Shown: positions 10,203-21,404 of the stretch, piece after piece
Layout: the number at the start of each line of letters is the position of its first letter
Position numbering within the stretch: the first letter of the stretch is position 1
Source of the DNA: Candidatus Poribacteria bacterium
GTDB lineage: Bacteria; Poribacteria; WGA-4E; WGA-3G
DNA length: 64,000 bases
Assembly: GCA_963665235.2 (NCBI GenBank)
Contig: CAXXLX010000001.1
Span: forward strand, 4,032,001 to 4,096,000
Reading direction: 5' to 3'
Program-made: the position numbers and the translations under genes
The notes under the pieces: model-generated
What the model saw: only the letters and a program-made list of their open reading frames with translations
Told to the model about the DNA's origin: nothing
Database searches by the model: none

Positions 10203-12929
10203 TTATCGGCCGTGGCATTTCTTATATTTTTTTCCACTACCGCAGGGACATGGTGCATTTCGTCCGACTTTTGGCATAGTCCCCATTGCCTGTTGCGATT
10301 CAAATTCAGCCGTGTTTTGTGCATTCTCCGGGGCGGTCCGCCGTGGGCTCGGTGCGCGTCCCCGTCCGGGTCGGCTCGGCCGTTTATTGGGAGCGCGGCG
10401 CGGGGCTTCGGTATTGACGTAAGTTTTAAAGATTAATTCGCTGACCTCTCTCTCGATATTTTGATACATAGATTCAAAAACACCGAGGGCTTCACTCTTG
10501 AAGACCACAATCGGATCTTTTCCGCCATAACCCGCGCCAAATCGGATACCTTCTTCTATATAGTCGATGTTGTATAGATGGTCCTTCCAGTGATTGTCAA
10601 TTCTATCGAGAAGCAGAAGCCGTTCAAGGATGCGCATATTCTCCTCGCCTATTTCAGCCTCACGTTGTTCATAAGCCGTTTTGAGTTCAGCCATGATTTC
10701 CGCGTGAAGTTCATCGGAGTCTATCTCGCTTAAAGGGGTCTTCCAAGTTGGATTAATAGGGAAGGTGGTAGTCAACCATTTCGTGAATTGGTCGATATCC
10801 TCGGTTTCGCGCGCGCCCTTTTCTGGGGTGATGTTATCAATTTCATCGCCGACGACGTTTTCCATCATTTGCCAAATTGTGTCTTTGAGCTCCTCCCCGC
10901 TGAGGATAGTATCCCGCAACGTATAGATAGTATCCCGTTGTGCTTCCATTACATCGTCGTATTTAAGGATATTCTTTCGAGCTTCAAAGTTTATCTGTTC
11001 AACCCGCGTTTGTGCTTTCTCAATAGATTTGGTAATCCATGCATGTTCTATCGGGATATCTTCCTCAGCTTTGGCGATATTTTTTGCAAGATTCATAAAT
11101 CCCTGCAACCGTTCGGAGCCAAATTTTTTCATCAGCTCGTCTTCAAGTGAAAGATAGAATCGCGATGAGCCGGGGTCGCCTTGTCTACCGGAGCGGCCGC
11201 GCAATTGGTTATCAATTCGGCGTGAATCGTGTCGCTCCGTTCCGACGATATGCAGTCCGCCTGCTGCCAGCACCTTTTCCCTGTTTTGTTCACACATACG
11301 GGTCGCTTCTGCAAGCGCAAGTTCCCACTCCCTTGATTCTGGCGGAAGTGTTGTGAGGTTAATCTTCTTTTTTCGCAGAGCATCCCTTGCAAAACCCTCC
11401 GGATTTCCACCGAGCAGGATATCTACTCCTCTACCTGCCATGTTCGTAGCAATTGTTACCGCCCCGGGGACCCCAGCTTGTGCAACAATATCGGCCTCGC
11501 GCGCGTGCTCTTTCGCATTCAGGACCTTGTGTCGGATGTGCCGGTACCTGGTTCTGAGCAGTTTACTTAATTTCTCTGAATTTTCAATAGAAATTGTACC
11601 GACAAGCACCGGGCGGCCCTTTTCGTGTTGTTCAGCGATATCTTCCAACACCGAGTTATATTTCGCCTCCTCCGTTCGATAGATTACATCTGAATGGTCA
11701 ATCCGAATCATCGGTTCATTTGTCGGTACAACGATGACATCTAAGCCGTAGATATGTGCAAATTCGTTTGCCTCGGTTGCGGCTGTCCCTGTCATCCCGG
11801 CGAGTTTTTCGTACATGCGAAAATAGTTTTGGTAAGTGATTTTAGCAAAAGTTTCATTCTCCTGTGCGACCTTCACACGTTCCTTCGCCTCAATCGCTTG
11901 ATGGAGCCCTTCGCTCAACCGTCGTCCAATCTGTTTCCGTCCGGTGAATTCATCAATCAGTAAAACTTCACCCCCCTCAACGAGATAATCTATATCGCGT
12001 TTGAAAAGGTGATGTGCTTTCAATGCCTGATTGACGTGGTGCACCAGTGCCATGTTGGTATGTTCGTAAAGATTCTCTAGACCGAGAAGACGTTCAACCT
12101 CTTCAACCCCCTCATCGGTGAGGGTGACATCCCCCCGAGACTTGCCTTTCTGGTCAATTTGAAAGTGCTCTTCCTTGCGGAGCTGCGAAACGACGTAGTT
12201 AACTCTTCGATAGAGTTCAGCCGGTTCATCAGACGGATCGGAAATAATAAGCGGTGTACGTGCCTCATCAATGAGGATACTGTCCACCTCATCAAGGATA
12301 GCGTAAACATGCCCACGTTGCAGCTTTGTCTCAATAGAAATTGCTTTGTTATCGGCCAGGTAATTGAAACCGAATTCGCTGTGAACCCCGTAAGTAATAT
12401 CAGCTTTATACGCAAGTTTTTTCTGTTCGAACGGCATCTGGTTCAGCGTTAATCCGACAGAGAGGCCGAGGAAGTTGTAAATTTTTCCCATCCATTCAGC
12501 GTCTCGACTTGCAAGATAATCGTTGACAGTTGCGAGGTGTACCCCTTTTCCGGTCAGTGCGTTAAGATAAATTGCGAGGGTAGATGTTAACGTTTTACCT
12601 TCACCTGTTCGCATTTCAGCGATACATCCCTGGTGAAGAGCTGCCCCGCCGATTATTTGAACATCATAGTGTCGCTGTTTTAACGTTCGTACTGCCGTTT
12701 CCCGAACGACAGCGAACGCCTCAGGGAGCAGGTCATCAAGAGATGCCCCCGCCTCCAACTGCCTGCGAAACTGTGGCGTTTTCGCTTGGAGCTGTGCATC
12801 CGAAAGTCTTTGCATATCCGGTTCACGTTGGTTAACTGCCTCAACGATTTCTCGGAAACGTTTGACATCCCGGTCCTCCTTGTTCCCGAAAACTTTGGTC
12901 ATTACATTTTCAAACATATTTTTATTCAT
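10203..12929 (-). CDS. secA: Preprotein translocase subunit SecA
   Basis: [53 protein letters not shown]-terminal SEC-C motif [13 protein letters not shown]. Confidence 0.98.
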   Translation of the reverse strand: MNKNMFENVMTKVFGNKEDRDVKRFREIVEAVNQREPDMQRLSDAQLQAKTPQFRRQLEAGASLDDLLPEAFAVVRETAVRTLKQRHYDVQIIGGAALHQGCIAEMRTGEGKTLTSTLAIYLNALTGKGVHLATVNDYLASRDAEWMGKIYNFLGLSVGLTLNQMPFEQKKLAYKADITYGVHSEFGFNYLADNKAISIETKLQRGHVYAILDEVDSILIDEARTPLIISDPSDEPAELYRRVNYVVSQLRKEEHFQIDQKGKSRGDVTLTDEGVEEVERLLGLENLYEHTNMALVHHVNQALKAHHLFKRDIDYLVEGGEVLLIDEFTGRKQIGRRLSEGLHQAIEAKERVKVAQENETFAKITYQNYFRMYEKLAGMTGTAATEANEFAHIYGLDVIVVPTNEPMIRIDHSDVIYRTEEAKYNSVLEDIAEQHEKGRPVLVGTISIENSEKLSKLLRTRYRHIRHKVLNAKEHAREADIVAQAGVPGAVTIATNMAGRGVDILLGGNPEGFARDALRKKKINLTTLPPESREWELALAEATRMCEQNREKVLAAGGLHIVGTERHDSRRIDNQLRGRSGRQGDPGSSRFYLSLEDELMKKFGSERLQGFMNLAKNIAKAEEDIPIEHAWITKSIEKAQTRVEQINFEARKNILKYDDVMEAQRDTIYTLRDTILSGEELKDTIWQMMENVVGDEIDNITPEKGARETEDIDQFTKWLTTTFPINPTWKTPLSEIDSDELHAEIMAELKTAYEQREAEIGEENMRILERLLLLDRIDNHWKDHLYNIDYIEEGIRFGAGYGGKDPIVVFKSEALGVFESMYQNIEREVSELIFKTYVNTEAPRRAPNKRPSRPGRGRAPSPRRTAPENAQNTAEFESQQAMGTMPKVGRNAPCPCGSGKKYKKCHGR

Positions 12930-14046
12930 CTCCTATGGGCAGCGGCGGGGGCCCCATTGTTTCAACTACCCCAATGGGTACTAACAAGTTTTGGCCATCA
13001 GTCCGTTTCCGTACTACCGTATAAATCAACGTGCTTCCAACAGAAGCAAGCGAAAACAGGTAAGCAACGACAATGCCAGCAATACATATTAACGTGATCG
13101 TTATAAAAACCCCTAAAAATGCGGATACACCCATCACGGAGGAGGGCTGAGATGTATTCATATCAAGGAGCGTAAAGTTATTCATAAGTTCTTGAAGTGC
13201 ATTGCCGAGCCACCGGTTTGCGTAACCTAAGGCATTCTGTATCTCTACTGTATGGAGATAACGCATCGGCAGCATCGCCAGCAAAAACCCCCCAAGACAG
13301 AAGGCAGCCCAAATTGGTACCAAGACGAGTTTTAAAACAAACAGCAGCGTGCCATAACCTATTAGTCGCCACGGTTCGTGCCAAACGATGGAAAAATGTT
13401 GATATACGGTTTCAAATATATCTGCACCGGTCGTAGCAACGACAGCCGGTACACAAAACAAACTTGTCATAAAAACGACAGCTATTAAGACAACGAGTAC
13501 GCCCAATAAAAAAGCAACGGGTGTAAAAATCGACGCGAACATGAGAATGGCCTTGCCGATGCCCGGAATTTTACCAAGTCCAGCAACACCTAGCGGTATC
13601 AACGCGAGAAACAGCATGATGAAAAGTAATCCGATAAACGCACCGAAAACCGTTTTCCAATGCTGCTTCGCGAAGCTTAAAGCACTCCTTACAGAAAAAA
13701 AGGCATCGCCCCGGAGCTGTTCAACAGTAATTTTTGAAGTCATCGTACTCGCCAAGAAAAAAATGGCCGCGAAAACCGCCACACCTATCCACATCATGAC
13801 AGTTGTAAACGTTCCAAATTCCGCACCGACAAATGGCGGAACAGGCAAAAGACCATATTTATCCCAAAATGTCTGGACCTCGACCCTCCCCCCGATGAAA
13901 AGACTGAGATAGAGCAGAATCTCATAAATCAGGTAGGCGAGTAGCACCCCCACGAAATGAATACCTATCCGCCGCCCACTGAAACCGTATCGACTAACTC
14001 GGAAAATATCCCTGAAGTTGAAATGGAGCTGTTCTATGTTCTGCAT
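12922..14046 (-). CDS. Multi-pass membrane protein of unknown function
   Basis: 374 aa with several hydrophobic helices; 3' end overlaps secA start. Confidence 0.75.
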   Translation of the reverse strand: MQNIEQLHFNFRDIFRVSRYGFSGRRIGIHFVGVLLAYLIYEILLYLSLFIGGRVEVQTFWDKYGLLPVPPFVGAEFGTFTTVMMWIGVAVFAAIFFLASTMTSKITVEQLRGDAFFSVRSALSFAKQHWKTVFGAFIGLLFIMLFLALIPLGVAGLGKIPGIGKAILMFASIFTPVAFLLGVLVVLIAVVFMTSLFCVPAVVATTGADIFETVYQHFSIVWHEPWRLIGYGTLLFVLKLVLVPIWAAFCLGGFLLAMLPMRYLHTVEIQNALGYANRWLGNALQELMNNFTLLDMNTSQPSSVMGVSAFLGVFITITLICIAGIVVAYLFSLASVGSTLIYTVVRKRTDGQNLLVPIGVVETMGPPPLPIGDE

Positions 14047-14243
14047 CTGATTCTTTGATCCGCTTCGGACAAGTTGACGTTTATCTCTCTATTTCAGAAA
14101 ACTTAAACTCTATGATAACCTGATGAACTTATATTTTATTATGATACCACAATTTCCACTTTTCTGTCAAATATTTTAAATACGCGAAAAACAGGGCCAT
14201 TTAGTTTTACAAATTTACTTTACAGATGTGGATATATTCCTCT

Positions 14244-14352
14244 GTAGGAGCGTGCTTCGCACGCGATACATTATATCACGGACTTTCACGGAAAAATCCC
14301 AGTATTTGGGAAACCAGCGCGCCTTCCTATCGCGAGCACAGCTCGCTCCTAC
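14244..14352. repeat. Inverted pair of GTAG-type REP elements (REPIN/BIME-like)
   Basis: GTAGGAGCGTGCTTCGCACGCGA at 14244 and inverted TCGCGAGCACAGCTCGCTCCTAC ending at 14352. Confidence 0.8.
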
Positions 14353-14424
14353 ATAAGAGGGATGTTGAAAAAACGACCAAAAATATCGAGAACTAAATCA
14401 CCCTGACGCGAAAAAAGAAAAAAG

Positions 14425-14453
14425 TTGACAGTCGTAGAAATTTAAGGTATACT
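14425..14453 (+). promoter_or_regulatory. Sigma70-type promoter
   Basis: TTGACA-17 bp-TATACT upstream of the ATG at 14501. Confidence 0.75.
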
Positions 14454-14500
14454 GCCAAAGTTAACAATCCGATTTTCAAACAGCAACAGGGAGATATAGT

Positions 14501-14947
14501 ATGGACAACTTTGAACCCACTAATATAGATGAACTTGACGAAGTCTTAGCGCATTTCAATAGTTTTCATGACGACTACGTTGCCGGGATTGAAATTAAAT
14601 TTGAGAATTACAAGGCACTAGATGACGATGGCGAGTCTACGGGAATCGGAAGTGCTGATAAGACAATTATTCTCACTGTCAACACCTATCCTTATGGAAA
14701 AGACCATAACCAGCTCGTCCAAGTTGAGTTTCAAGATGTTAAATCATTTGAAATCAAATCACCGCAGGAAGACCCCGTGCCAGCATGGGGAAACCCCGGG
14801 CCAACATGGGGAACTTTAGACACATACACAAGCCTCGGGCCCGGCGAAAGTGGTATCAGATGGGAATTTATGTTTATATGTGGCGACACAGAGTTTATAG
14901 TCGTTTGCGACAAAATTGTTTTTCGCAAGCAAAATCAGAATTCCTAA
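14501..14947 (+). CDS. Hypothetical acidic protein with FHD motif (possibly immunity-protein-like)
   Basis: GGAG RBS, own promoter, 148 aa with FNSFHDD motif. Confidence 0.7.
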   Translation: MDNFEPTNIDELDEVLAHFNSFHDDYVAGIEIKFENYKALDDDGESTGIGSADKTIILTVNTYPYGKDHNQLVQVEFQDVKSFEIKSPQEDPVPAWGNPGPTWGTLDTYTSLGPGESGIRWEFMFICGDTEFIVVCDKIVFRKQNQNS

Positions 14948-15020
14948 AGAGGACCGGGGTCGTGTTGACTGTCCGCAGTAATGCTTTTCGCCCCCCCGAT
15001 GTCAACTCAAAAAAAATCTG

Positions 15021-15049
15021 TTGACAGCATTTCTGATTCAGTGTATGAT
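15021..15049 (+). promoter_or_regulatory. Sigma70-type promoter of gnd
   Basis: TTGACA-17 bp-TATGAT. Confidence 0.72.
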
Positions 15050-15085
15050 ATGCAAAACAAATTCTAGCTCAGGAGGAAAACAAAT

Positions 15086-16549
15086 TTGGCAGCAGATATT
15101 GGACTCATCGGATTAGCAGTGATGGGTGAAAACCTTGCCCTAAACATGGAAAGCAAAGGATTTGAGGTTGCAGTCTTCAATCGGACCGTCTCACGGGTAG
15201 ACGCTTTCATGGCAGGTGCCGCAAACGGAAAAAATATCACCGGCACCCACACCATTGTTGAACTCGTTGAAAAACTTAAAACACCCCGCAAAATTATTTT
15301 GATGGTAAAGGCAGGCGAGCCTGTTGATGCCTTCATCGCGCAATTAACCCCGCACCTCGCAAAAGGCGACCTCATTATTGATGGCGGAAACTCCAATTTC
15401 AACGACACAATTCGTCGCCATGCGGAGCTATCTGAACAGGATATTCTATTTATCGGTACAGGAATTTCGGGCGGAGAGGAAGGCGCGCTGAAAGGGCCAG
15501 CCATGATGCCCGGCGGGTCGCCAGAAGCCTATACCCTCGTTGAACCCATCTTCACTAAAATCGCAGCGCAGGTAGATGGCACCCCCTGCTGCTCCTATAT
15601 CGGACCGAACGGAGCAGGACATTACGTCAAAATGGTGCATAACGGTATTGAGTACGGCGATATGCAACTGATTTGCGAAGCCTACACTGTAATGAAAGAC
15701 GTGTTAGGAATGAACGCAGACGAGATGCACGAGGTTTTCAGCGAATGGAATCGCGGTGAACTGAATTCCTATCTCATCGAAATTACGGCTGACATTTTTA
15801 CACAACGCGATGATAGCGGCACGCCCTTCGTCGATGTCGTTCTCGACCAGGCGGGACAAAAGGGAACAGGCAAATGGACAAGCATGTCGGCACTGGACCT
15901 CGGCATAGCTGCACCCACTATCGCAGAGGCGGTTTTTGCACGCTGTATCTCTGCTATCAAGAGCGAACGTGTCAAAGCATCGGAAGTAATTAGCGGCCCG
16001 GTCGGTACATTCGAAGGCGACCGAGAGCGTGCCTTAAAAGCTATCCACGATGCGCTTTACGCTGCAAAGATTTGCTCGTATGCCCAGGGCTTTGCCTTGA
16101 TGCGCGAGGCAAGCATAGAATATGACTGGAATCTTGCACTTGGGAACATCGCCCTGGGCTGGCGTGGTGGGTGTATCATTCGGGCAAAATTCTTGCATCG
16201 GATAGCGGAGGCGTTCGAGCGAAATCCTGACCTGCCGAACCTGCTGCTTGACTCCTATTTCCGCGGTATAATAGAAGCAGCACAACCCCACTGGCGAAAT
16301 ATCGTTGGCACAGCAACACAGCTCGGTGTGCCGATACCCGCGTTCAGCTCAGCATTAGCCTATTTTGATAGTTATCGCAGCGGTAGACTTTCCGCGAATC
16401 TTATCCAAGCGATGCGCGACTATTTCGGCGCACATACCTATCATAAATTGGACGCAGCCGGAAACACGATTGTCGGGGAAGACGGTGAGCCGACAGTGTT
16501 CCATACCGAGTGGATGCTGGAGAACCGTCCAGAGGTTATCGTCGAATAA
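15086..16549 (+). CDS. gnd: NADP-dependent 6-phosphogluconate dehydrogenase, decarboxylating
   Basis: GLIGLAVMG, DGGNS, SGGEEGA, VKMVHNGIEYGDMQ, QKGTGKW, RDYFGAHTY; TTG start with AGGAGG RBS. Confidence 0.97.
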   Translation: MAADIGLIGLAVMGENLALNMESKGFEVAVFNRTVSRVDAFMAGAANGKNITGTHTIVELVEKLKTPRKIILMVKAGEPVDAFIAQLTPHLAKGDLIIDGGNSNFNDTIRRHAELSEQDILFIGTGISGGEEGALKGPAMMPGGSPEAYTLVEPIFTKIAAQVDGTPCCSYIGPNGAGHYVKMVHNGIEYGDMQLICEAYTVMKDVLGMNADEMHEVFSEWNRGELNSYLIEITADIFTQRDDSGTPFVDVVLDQAGQKGTGKWTSMSALDLGIAAPTIAEAVFARCISAIKSERVKASEVISGPVGTFEGDRERALKAIHDALYAAKICSYAQGFALMREASIEYDWNLALGNIALGWRGGCIIRAKFLHRIAEAFERNPDLPNLLLDSYFRGIIEAAQPHWRNIVGTATQLGVPIPAFSSALAYFDSYRSGRLSANLIQAMRDYFGAHTYHKLDAAGNTIVGEDGEPTVFHTEWMLENRPEVIVE

Positions 16550-16601
16550 GGGAGCAAGCACACGACACCGGACCATCGTCAAAGGCATTTAAGGAGAATA
16601 C

Positions 16602-17496
16602 ATGACTCACGGACCACAACAACCCCTATACGATTTTGAACCGCAACACGATTTCTTTGTCGGAATTGATTCAGATGGTTGCGTTTTCAACAGCATGGAG
16701 GTCAAACATAACGACTGTTTCAGCGTGAACGTCGTCAAGCATTTTGGATTAGCCTCCATTTCACGGCAGGTACATCAGGCGTGGGATTTCGTCAACCTCT
16801 ACTCCACGATGCGTGGCACTAATCGATTTAAAGCTGTCCTGCTCGTGTTTGACTATTTACGCGAGATGTCTCTCGTACAGAAGATGGGGGTAGAAGTACC
16901 ACAATTGCCGTACCTACGAGAATGGACCGAAACCGAAACGAAACTCGGCAACCCCGCCTTGCAGGAAGCAATTGATAACTCAGCAGGTGAAAGACATAGC
17001 GAACTTACCCAAGTCATGCAATGGAGCCTTGGCGTGAACGAAAGTGTTGCCGAGATTGTCTATAATCTCCCCCCGTTCCCCTGGGGTACGGGAGGCATTG
17101 CAACGGCTTCAAGGTAAGGCAGACGTTATTGTCGTCTCTGCCACCCCGGATGAGGCACTCAAACGGGAATGGGATGAACACGATATTGACCAGTACGTCG
17201 CCTTAATTGCAGGGCAGGAGATGGGCACGAAAACGGAACATCTCACCATTACGACGCAAGACAAATACCCTGAAAACCATGTCTTAATGATTGGCGATTC
17301 ACCGGGGGACTTAAAGGCAGCACAGAGTGTAGGGGCCCTGTTTTTTCCTGTCAACCCCGGGGCTGAAGATATATCTTGGGCACTTTTCCTCAGCGAAGCG
17401 ATGGATAAATTCTTCAACAAAACGTACGCGGGCGGTTACGAAGACGAATTGCTCGGCAAATTTCAGGAATTGCTACCGGAAACACCGCCGTGGTAA
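16602..17496 (+). pseudogene. HAD-superfamily hydrolase split by a +1 frameshift (real mutation or sequencing error)
   Basis: Motif I DSDGC in the first ORF; VVSAT and MIGDSPGD in the second; removing one C from CCCC at 17078-17081 restores PPFPGVREAL. Confidence 0.8.
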
Positions 17497-17625
17497 GACA
17501 AAAATCGTGACGGGAGCTCGCTCCTACAGAAACGCCGCCGTGGTAAGACAAAAATCGCGAGCAGGAGCTCGCTCCTACAGAAATGCCGCCGTGGTAAGAC
17601 AAAAATCGCGACGGGAGCTCGCTCT
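17479..17625. repeat. Three ~50-bp tandem units, each made of the HAD gene 3' end plus a GTAG-type REP
   Basis: GAAA(C/T)(A/G)CCGCCGTGGTAAGACAAAAATCG...GAGCTCGCTCCTACA repeated at 17479, 17529 and 17580. Confidence 0.85.
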
Positions 17626-17670
17626 ATAGGAGCGGGAAACCGTTTGCCCGAATACTAGAAAAGGACACTC

Positions 17671-18618
17671 ATGAAAATTTTATTGCAAGGACGTTTAGAA
17701 GATGCCCTCCGGGAGAGGTTGGAAAACATCATCGGAGATGCCCACACCTACGTCATTCCGAGTTCACGCGAGGAGCTGGCCGAGGAGGGTAAAGATGCCG
17801 ACATCTTTTTCGGTTTCTGTAGCGAGGATATTTTTCCGCTCCTCCCTAATCTTAAGTGGATTCAGGCATCTAGTGCTGGCATGGACAAACACATGTATCC
17901 TGCTATCCGCGAAAGTGATGTGATTTTGACAAACGCTGCCGGGCTTTACGGAACACACGTTGCCGACCAAGCGTTCGCGCTCCTACTCGGTTTAGCACGC
18001 GGTATCCATCATTCCGTTCGCAATCAGGACAAACATCAATGGGGCGGGGGCCGCTCACCGATGATTGAGATTGACGGTTTCAAGATAGGCATTGTCGGAC
18101 TTGGGGGTATCGGCATGCAGATGGTAAAACGTGCAAAAGGTTTTGACATGTACGTTATCGCAGTCGACGCATACCGCACCGATAAACCGGACAGTGTCGA
18201 GGAACTGATGCCGATGGATAAACTTTCTGACCTGATGAGCCGCGTGGATGTCGTTATGATTGCTTGTCCCTTGACAGAGGAGACACGCGGTCTGATTAAT
18301 GCCGAAAACCTATCTGTGATGCAACCGACCGCATATTTCATAAACGTCGCCCGGGGGCCAATTGTTAAGGAAGCAGATTTGATTCAGATTTTGCAAGCCG
18401 GTAAAATAGCGGGCGCGGGGTTGGATGTCACGGAGGTTGAACCGTTGGATAAAGACAGCCCTTTGTGGGATATGGAGAACGTTATCATTACGCCGCATTC
18501 AGCGGGTGGTTCACAGCACCGCATGCGTCGCATCACTGAGTTTTTCTTGGATAATCTTGAGCGATATTTGAAGGGTGAAGAACTGAAGAACGTTGTGAAC
18601 AAACAGCTCGGTTTTTAG
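17671..18618 (+). CDS. D-2-hydroxyacid dehydrogenase family protein
   Basis: GIVGLGGIG, INVARG, LDVTEVEPL, ITPHSAG. Confidence 0.92.
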   Translation: MKILLQGRLEDALRERLENIIGDAHTYVIPSSREELAEEGKDADIFFGFCSEDIFPLLPNLKWIQASSAGMDKHMYPAIRESDVILTNAAGLYGTHVADQAFALLLGLARGIHHSVRNQDKHQWGGGRSPMIEIDGFKIGIVGLGGIGMQMVKRAKGFDMYVIAVDAYRTDKPDSVEELMPMDKLSDLMSRVDVVMIACPLTEETRGLINAENLSVMQPTAYFINVARGPIVKEADLIQILQAGKIAGAGLDVTEVEPLDKDSPLWDMENVIITPHSAGGSQHRMRRITEFFLDNLERYLKGEELKNVVNKQLGF

Positions 18619-18654
18619 TTTGGCTATTGACACAACGTTCCAGGAGGGAAAAAG

Positions 18655-19758
18655 ATGTCAATGTATCGAGCAGGCGTAATTGGTTTGGGACGTATGGGCA
18701 GCACCTTTGATGACGAAATTACACAAGGAGGCTCACTCTTTCTGCCATACTGTCACGCCCCAAGCTATCATGCTGCCCCCAATGTTGAATTGGTCGCAGG
18801 GGCGGACCTACACCCCGAACAAGCCGAAATCTTCGGTGAACGGTGGGGCTTAAGTTCAGAACATATCTATAGCGATTATCGCGAAATGTTAGACACGGAA
18901 AACCTGGACCTCGTCAGTGTTTGCACGACAGCACGGGGACGCTCTACTATTGTGAAAGACGTTGCACGTGCCGGGGTCAAAGGGATTTGGGCAGAAAAAC
19001 CGATTTCGCTCAGCCTTGCCGAAGCGGATACGATGGTGGATGTCTGCCGCGAGAACGGGGTCGTCCTTGCGATAAACTGCGCGCGCCGCTGGAATCCTTT
19101 CTTTAGCGAAGCCCGAAAACTCATTGACGAAGGCGAAATCGGCGATGTCCTTCAGGTGACAGTGTATGCACAATGCGGATTGTCACATAACGGAAGTCAC
19201 GCTATCGATATCTTACGGTATATGGCAGGCGGACAGGTGGAATGGGTCTTTGGTGAGATGCAGTCCGATGCAGCCGCTGCAGGTGAAAACGACCTCATGG
19301 GAAACGGGTATCTCGTCTTTGATAACGGGGTACGGGCGTATCTCCGAAGTACGCCGTGTGGCGCAGCCCCGTGGGAGGTGGATGTCATTGGCACCAAGGG
19401 ACGTATCCGCTCAATAAACAACGCGGAAACGTTTGAATTAATTCGTATCGTACCCGGTGGAAGGCGGGGCCGCGGTGTCCCTGCAACGTGTCCGTTTCCC
19501 TGGCCCGTCCGGATGCAGGGCATGGGGTTGACGATTGTTCAAGACATCATCAATGCTATTGAAAACGGTGGCGCACCGAAATGTTCAGGTGAAGATGGAC
19601 GCGCGGCATTAGAGATAGCCATCGCCTTACGGGAATCTCACCGTAGAGGGGGTGTAAAGGTGAATTTGCCGATAGAGGAGCGGAGCCTCCGCATCCTCTC
19701 ATCGGAAATACGGAACGATGATACACCCGCTCGGATCAGACGTTTACAGAGTAGATGA
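18655..19758 (+). CDS. Gfo/Idh/MocA family oxidoreductase
   Basis: GVIGLGRMG, WAEKP, HNGSHAID. Confidence 0.9.
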   Translation: MSMYRAGVIGLGRMGSTFDDEITQGGSLFLPYCHAPSYHAAPNVELVAGADLHPEQAEIFGERWGLSSEHIYSDYREMLDTENLDLVSVCTTARGRSTIVKDVARAGVKGIWAEKPISLSLAEADTMVDVCRENGVVLAINCARRWNPFFSEARKLIDEGEIGDVLQVTVYAQCGLSHNGSHAIDILRYMAGGQVEWVFGEMQSDAAAAGENDLMGNGYLVFDNGVRAYLRSTPCGAAPWEVDVIGTKGRIRSINNAETFELIRIVPGGRRGRGVPATCPFPWPVRMQGMGLTIVQDIINAIENGGAPKCSGEDGRAALEIAIALRESHRRGGVKVNLPIEERSLRILSSEIRNDDTPARIRRLQSR

Positions 19759-20082
19759 GTTGACAGCTTCAGTTGCCACCTTGAAGATAGAATCAACTGC
19801 ACCGAACAAAACTGGTAAGTTTGCTAAGGTGACACTCGTTCTGTTTCGCGTAAAAACATCATCAACAAGCTGTCCAAATTCCCACAATGTTCCATCGGTA
19901 ACAATACCGTAGACAGGAAAAGATGGGTTGTCATTAATCTTTTGGGCAGCGACCAACTCGGCCAGGCATTGCCCCCATCCCTGTTCAAAGTCGTTCTTTT
20001 TCGCCTCAACTAACATTATCAGAGGGGTGCCAACAACAGTTATCCCTAATTCCGATTTTGTAGAGTTGACATACTCCCCCAG

Positions 20083-21288
20083 CTAAAGCAAGGGGGATTC
20101 TTTTGAAAGAGAATCCCATGCTTTCTGGTGCGGATTGTGGCGTATAGACTTCGGGTGAAGTCTGCGAGGGCTGCTCGCAATAGCAAGGCTGACATCCTCT
20201 AATCCAAAGGTTGAGGTTTCCCCAACCTGTAAAATGTTTATCGCAGCGTTAACGTCACGATGGTGTTTCTGCGCGCAAGTAGAACAACACCATTGACGAA
20301 CAGACAAGTCCAACTGCTGTTTTCGCTGTCCACAGTGGCTACAAGTCTTAGAAGTCGGTTCAAAACGGTCAATATAGTGAATCGCTTTACCGTGTTTTAC
20401 CGCTTGATGTTGCAACTTTTGATGAAACGAGTAGGGCGCAATATCAGAAACTTGACGACCCCACATGCGTTTCATACCCTCAAAAGTCAACGTCTCAAAA
20501 CAGAGGTCATCGTGTTCATGCACAAAACGCTTCGCGAGTTTCCAATGGTGGTCTTCACGTTGTCTTTTGATTTTACGATGCTTGCGCGCTACATTTAGAC
20601 GTGAACGCTCACAGTTGTTGCTACCCTTTACTTTCTTAGCATGCGCACGTTGGGCTACTGACAGCTCCGCCATAGAAGTTTTATAGAACTTGGGAGACTC
20701 ATATTCTGTGCCATCAGAACAAGTGAACATCGTTTTGATACCGAAATCATACCCTGCAGCACTACCCGTCTTAGGTGCAATCTCAGTCACGGTGTGGTCT
20801 GTCACAACACACATATAGAAGTCGCCTACACTATCTGCTTTGATGGTAACTGTTCTAACGTTGCCTATTATTTCACGACTCAGATTAAAGCGATACTGTT
20901 TTTTCATAATACGCACTTTATCACCACAGAAACCATAGCCAGAGGGGCTCATTGTGAATGAATACGGTTTGCGCCATGAACGAAACTTAGGCGGACGCTT
21001 CGCAATACACTTAAAAAAACGCTGATACCCGGTGTCTAAACGCCGCAGTATATCACGCGCCGCCCAAGAGTCTAACTCACGCCAGTGCGAAAACACTTCA
21101 GGATGTGAGTTCCTAAGGACGGTAAAGGCACGCGACATCTCAGGAAGCGACATATACGGAAGACCCAGGGAATAGCGCGTCCGCTGCCAACCTAAAAAAT
21201 AGTTCCAAACATCATGTGCCACCCACGTTAAACGCTTGAGATTACGATTGCGCGGGGCACGAAAAAGTTTGTATTTTGTGGTATACAT
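20083..21288 (-). CDS. tnpB: RNA-guided endonuclease TnpB
   Basis: RuvC-I GYDFG, RuvC-II FETL, zinc finger CSHC...CSTC, RuvC-III RDVNAAINI. Confidence 0.93.
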   Translation of the reverse strand: MYTTKYKLFRAPRNRNLKRLTWVAHDVWNYFLGWQRTRYSLGLPYMSLPEMSRAFTVLRNSHPEVFSHWRELDSWAARDILRRLDTGYQRFFKCIAKRPPKFRSWRKPYSFTMSPSGYGFCGDKVRIMKKQYRFNLSREIIGNVRTVTIKADSVGDFYMCVVTDHTVTEIAPKTGSAAGYDFGIKTMFTCSDGTEYESPKFYKTSMAELSVAQRAHAKKVKGSNNCERSRLNVARKHRKIKRQREDHHWKLAKRFVHEHDDLCFETLTFEGMKRMWGRQVSDIAPYSFHQKLQHQAVKHGKAIHYIDRFEPTSKTCSHCGQRKQQLDLSVRQWCCSTCAQKHHRDVNAAINILQVGETSTFGLEDVSLAIASSPRRLHPKSIRHNPHQKAWDSLSKESPLL

Positions 21289-21375
21289 CTAAGGGTATCC
21301 TGCCTTGAAAAGTTGCTACCTGCCTCTAAAAAGGGGCGGAGAAGTCTATAGATTCTCCGCTAAGGCATTAAATAG

Positions 21376-21404
21376 AGTATACCCCATTTTTGAGGAAAAG
21401 TCAA
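21376..21404 (-). promoter_or_regulatory. Sigma70-type promoter inside the IS left end, upstream of tnpB
   Basis: TTGACT-17 bp-TATACT on the minus strand. Confidence 0.7.

Noticed and set aside
17070-17085. Programmed frameshift in the HAD gene
   Set aside because: One extra C in a short homopolymer with no canonical slippery heptamer; an indel error or recent mutation is more parsimonious
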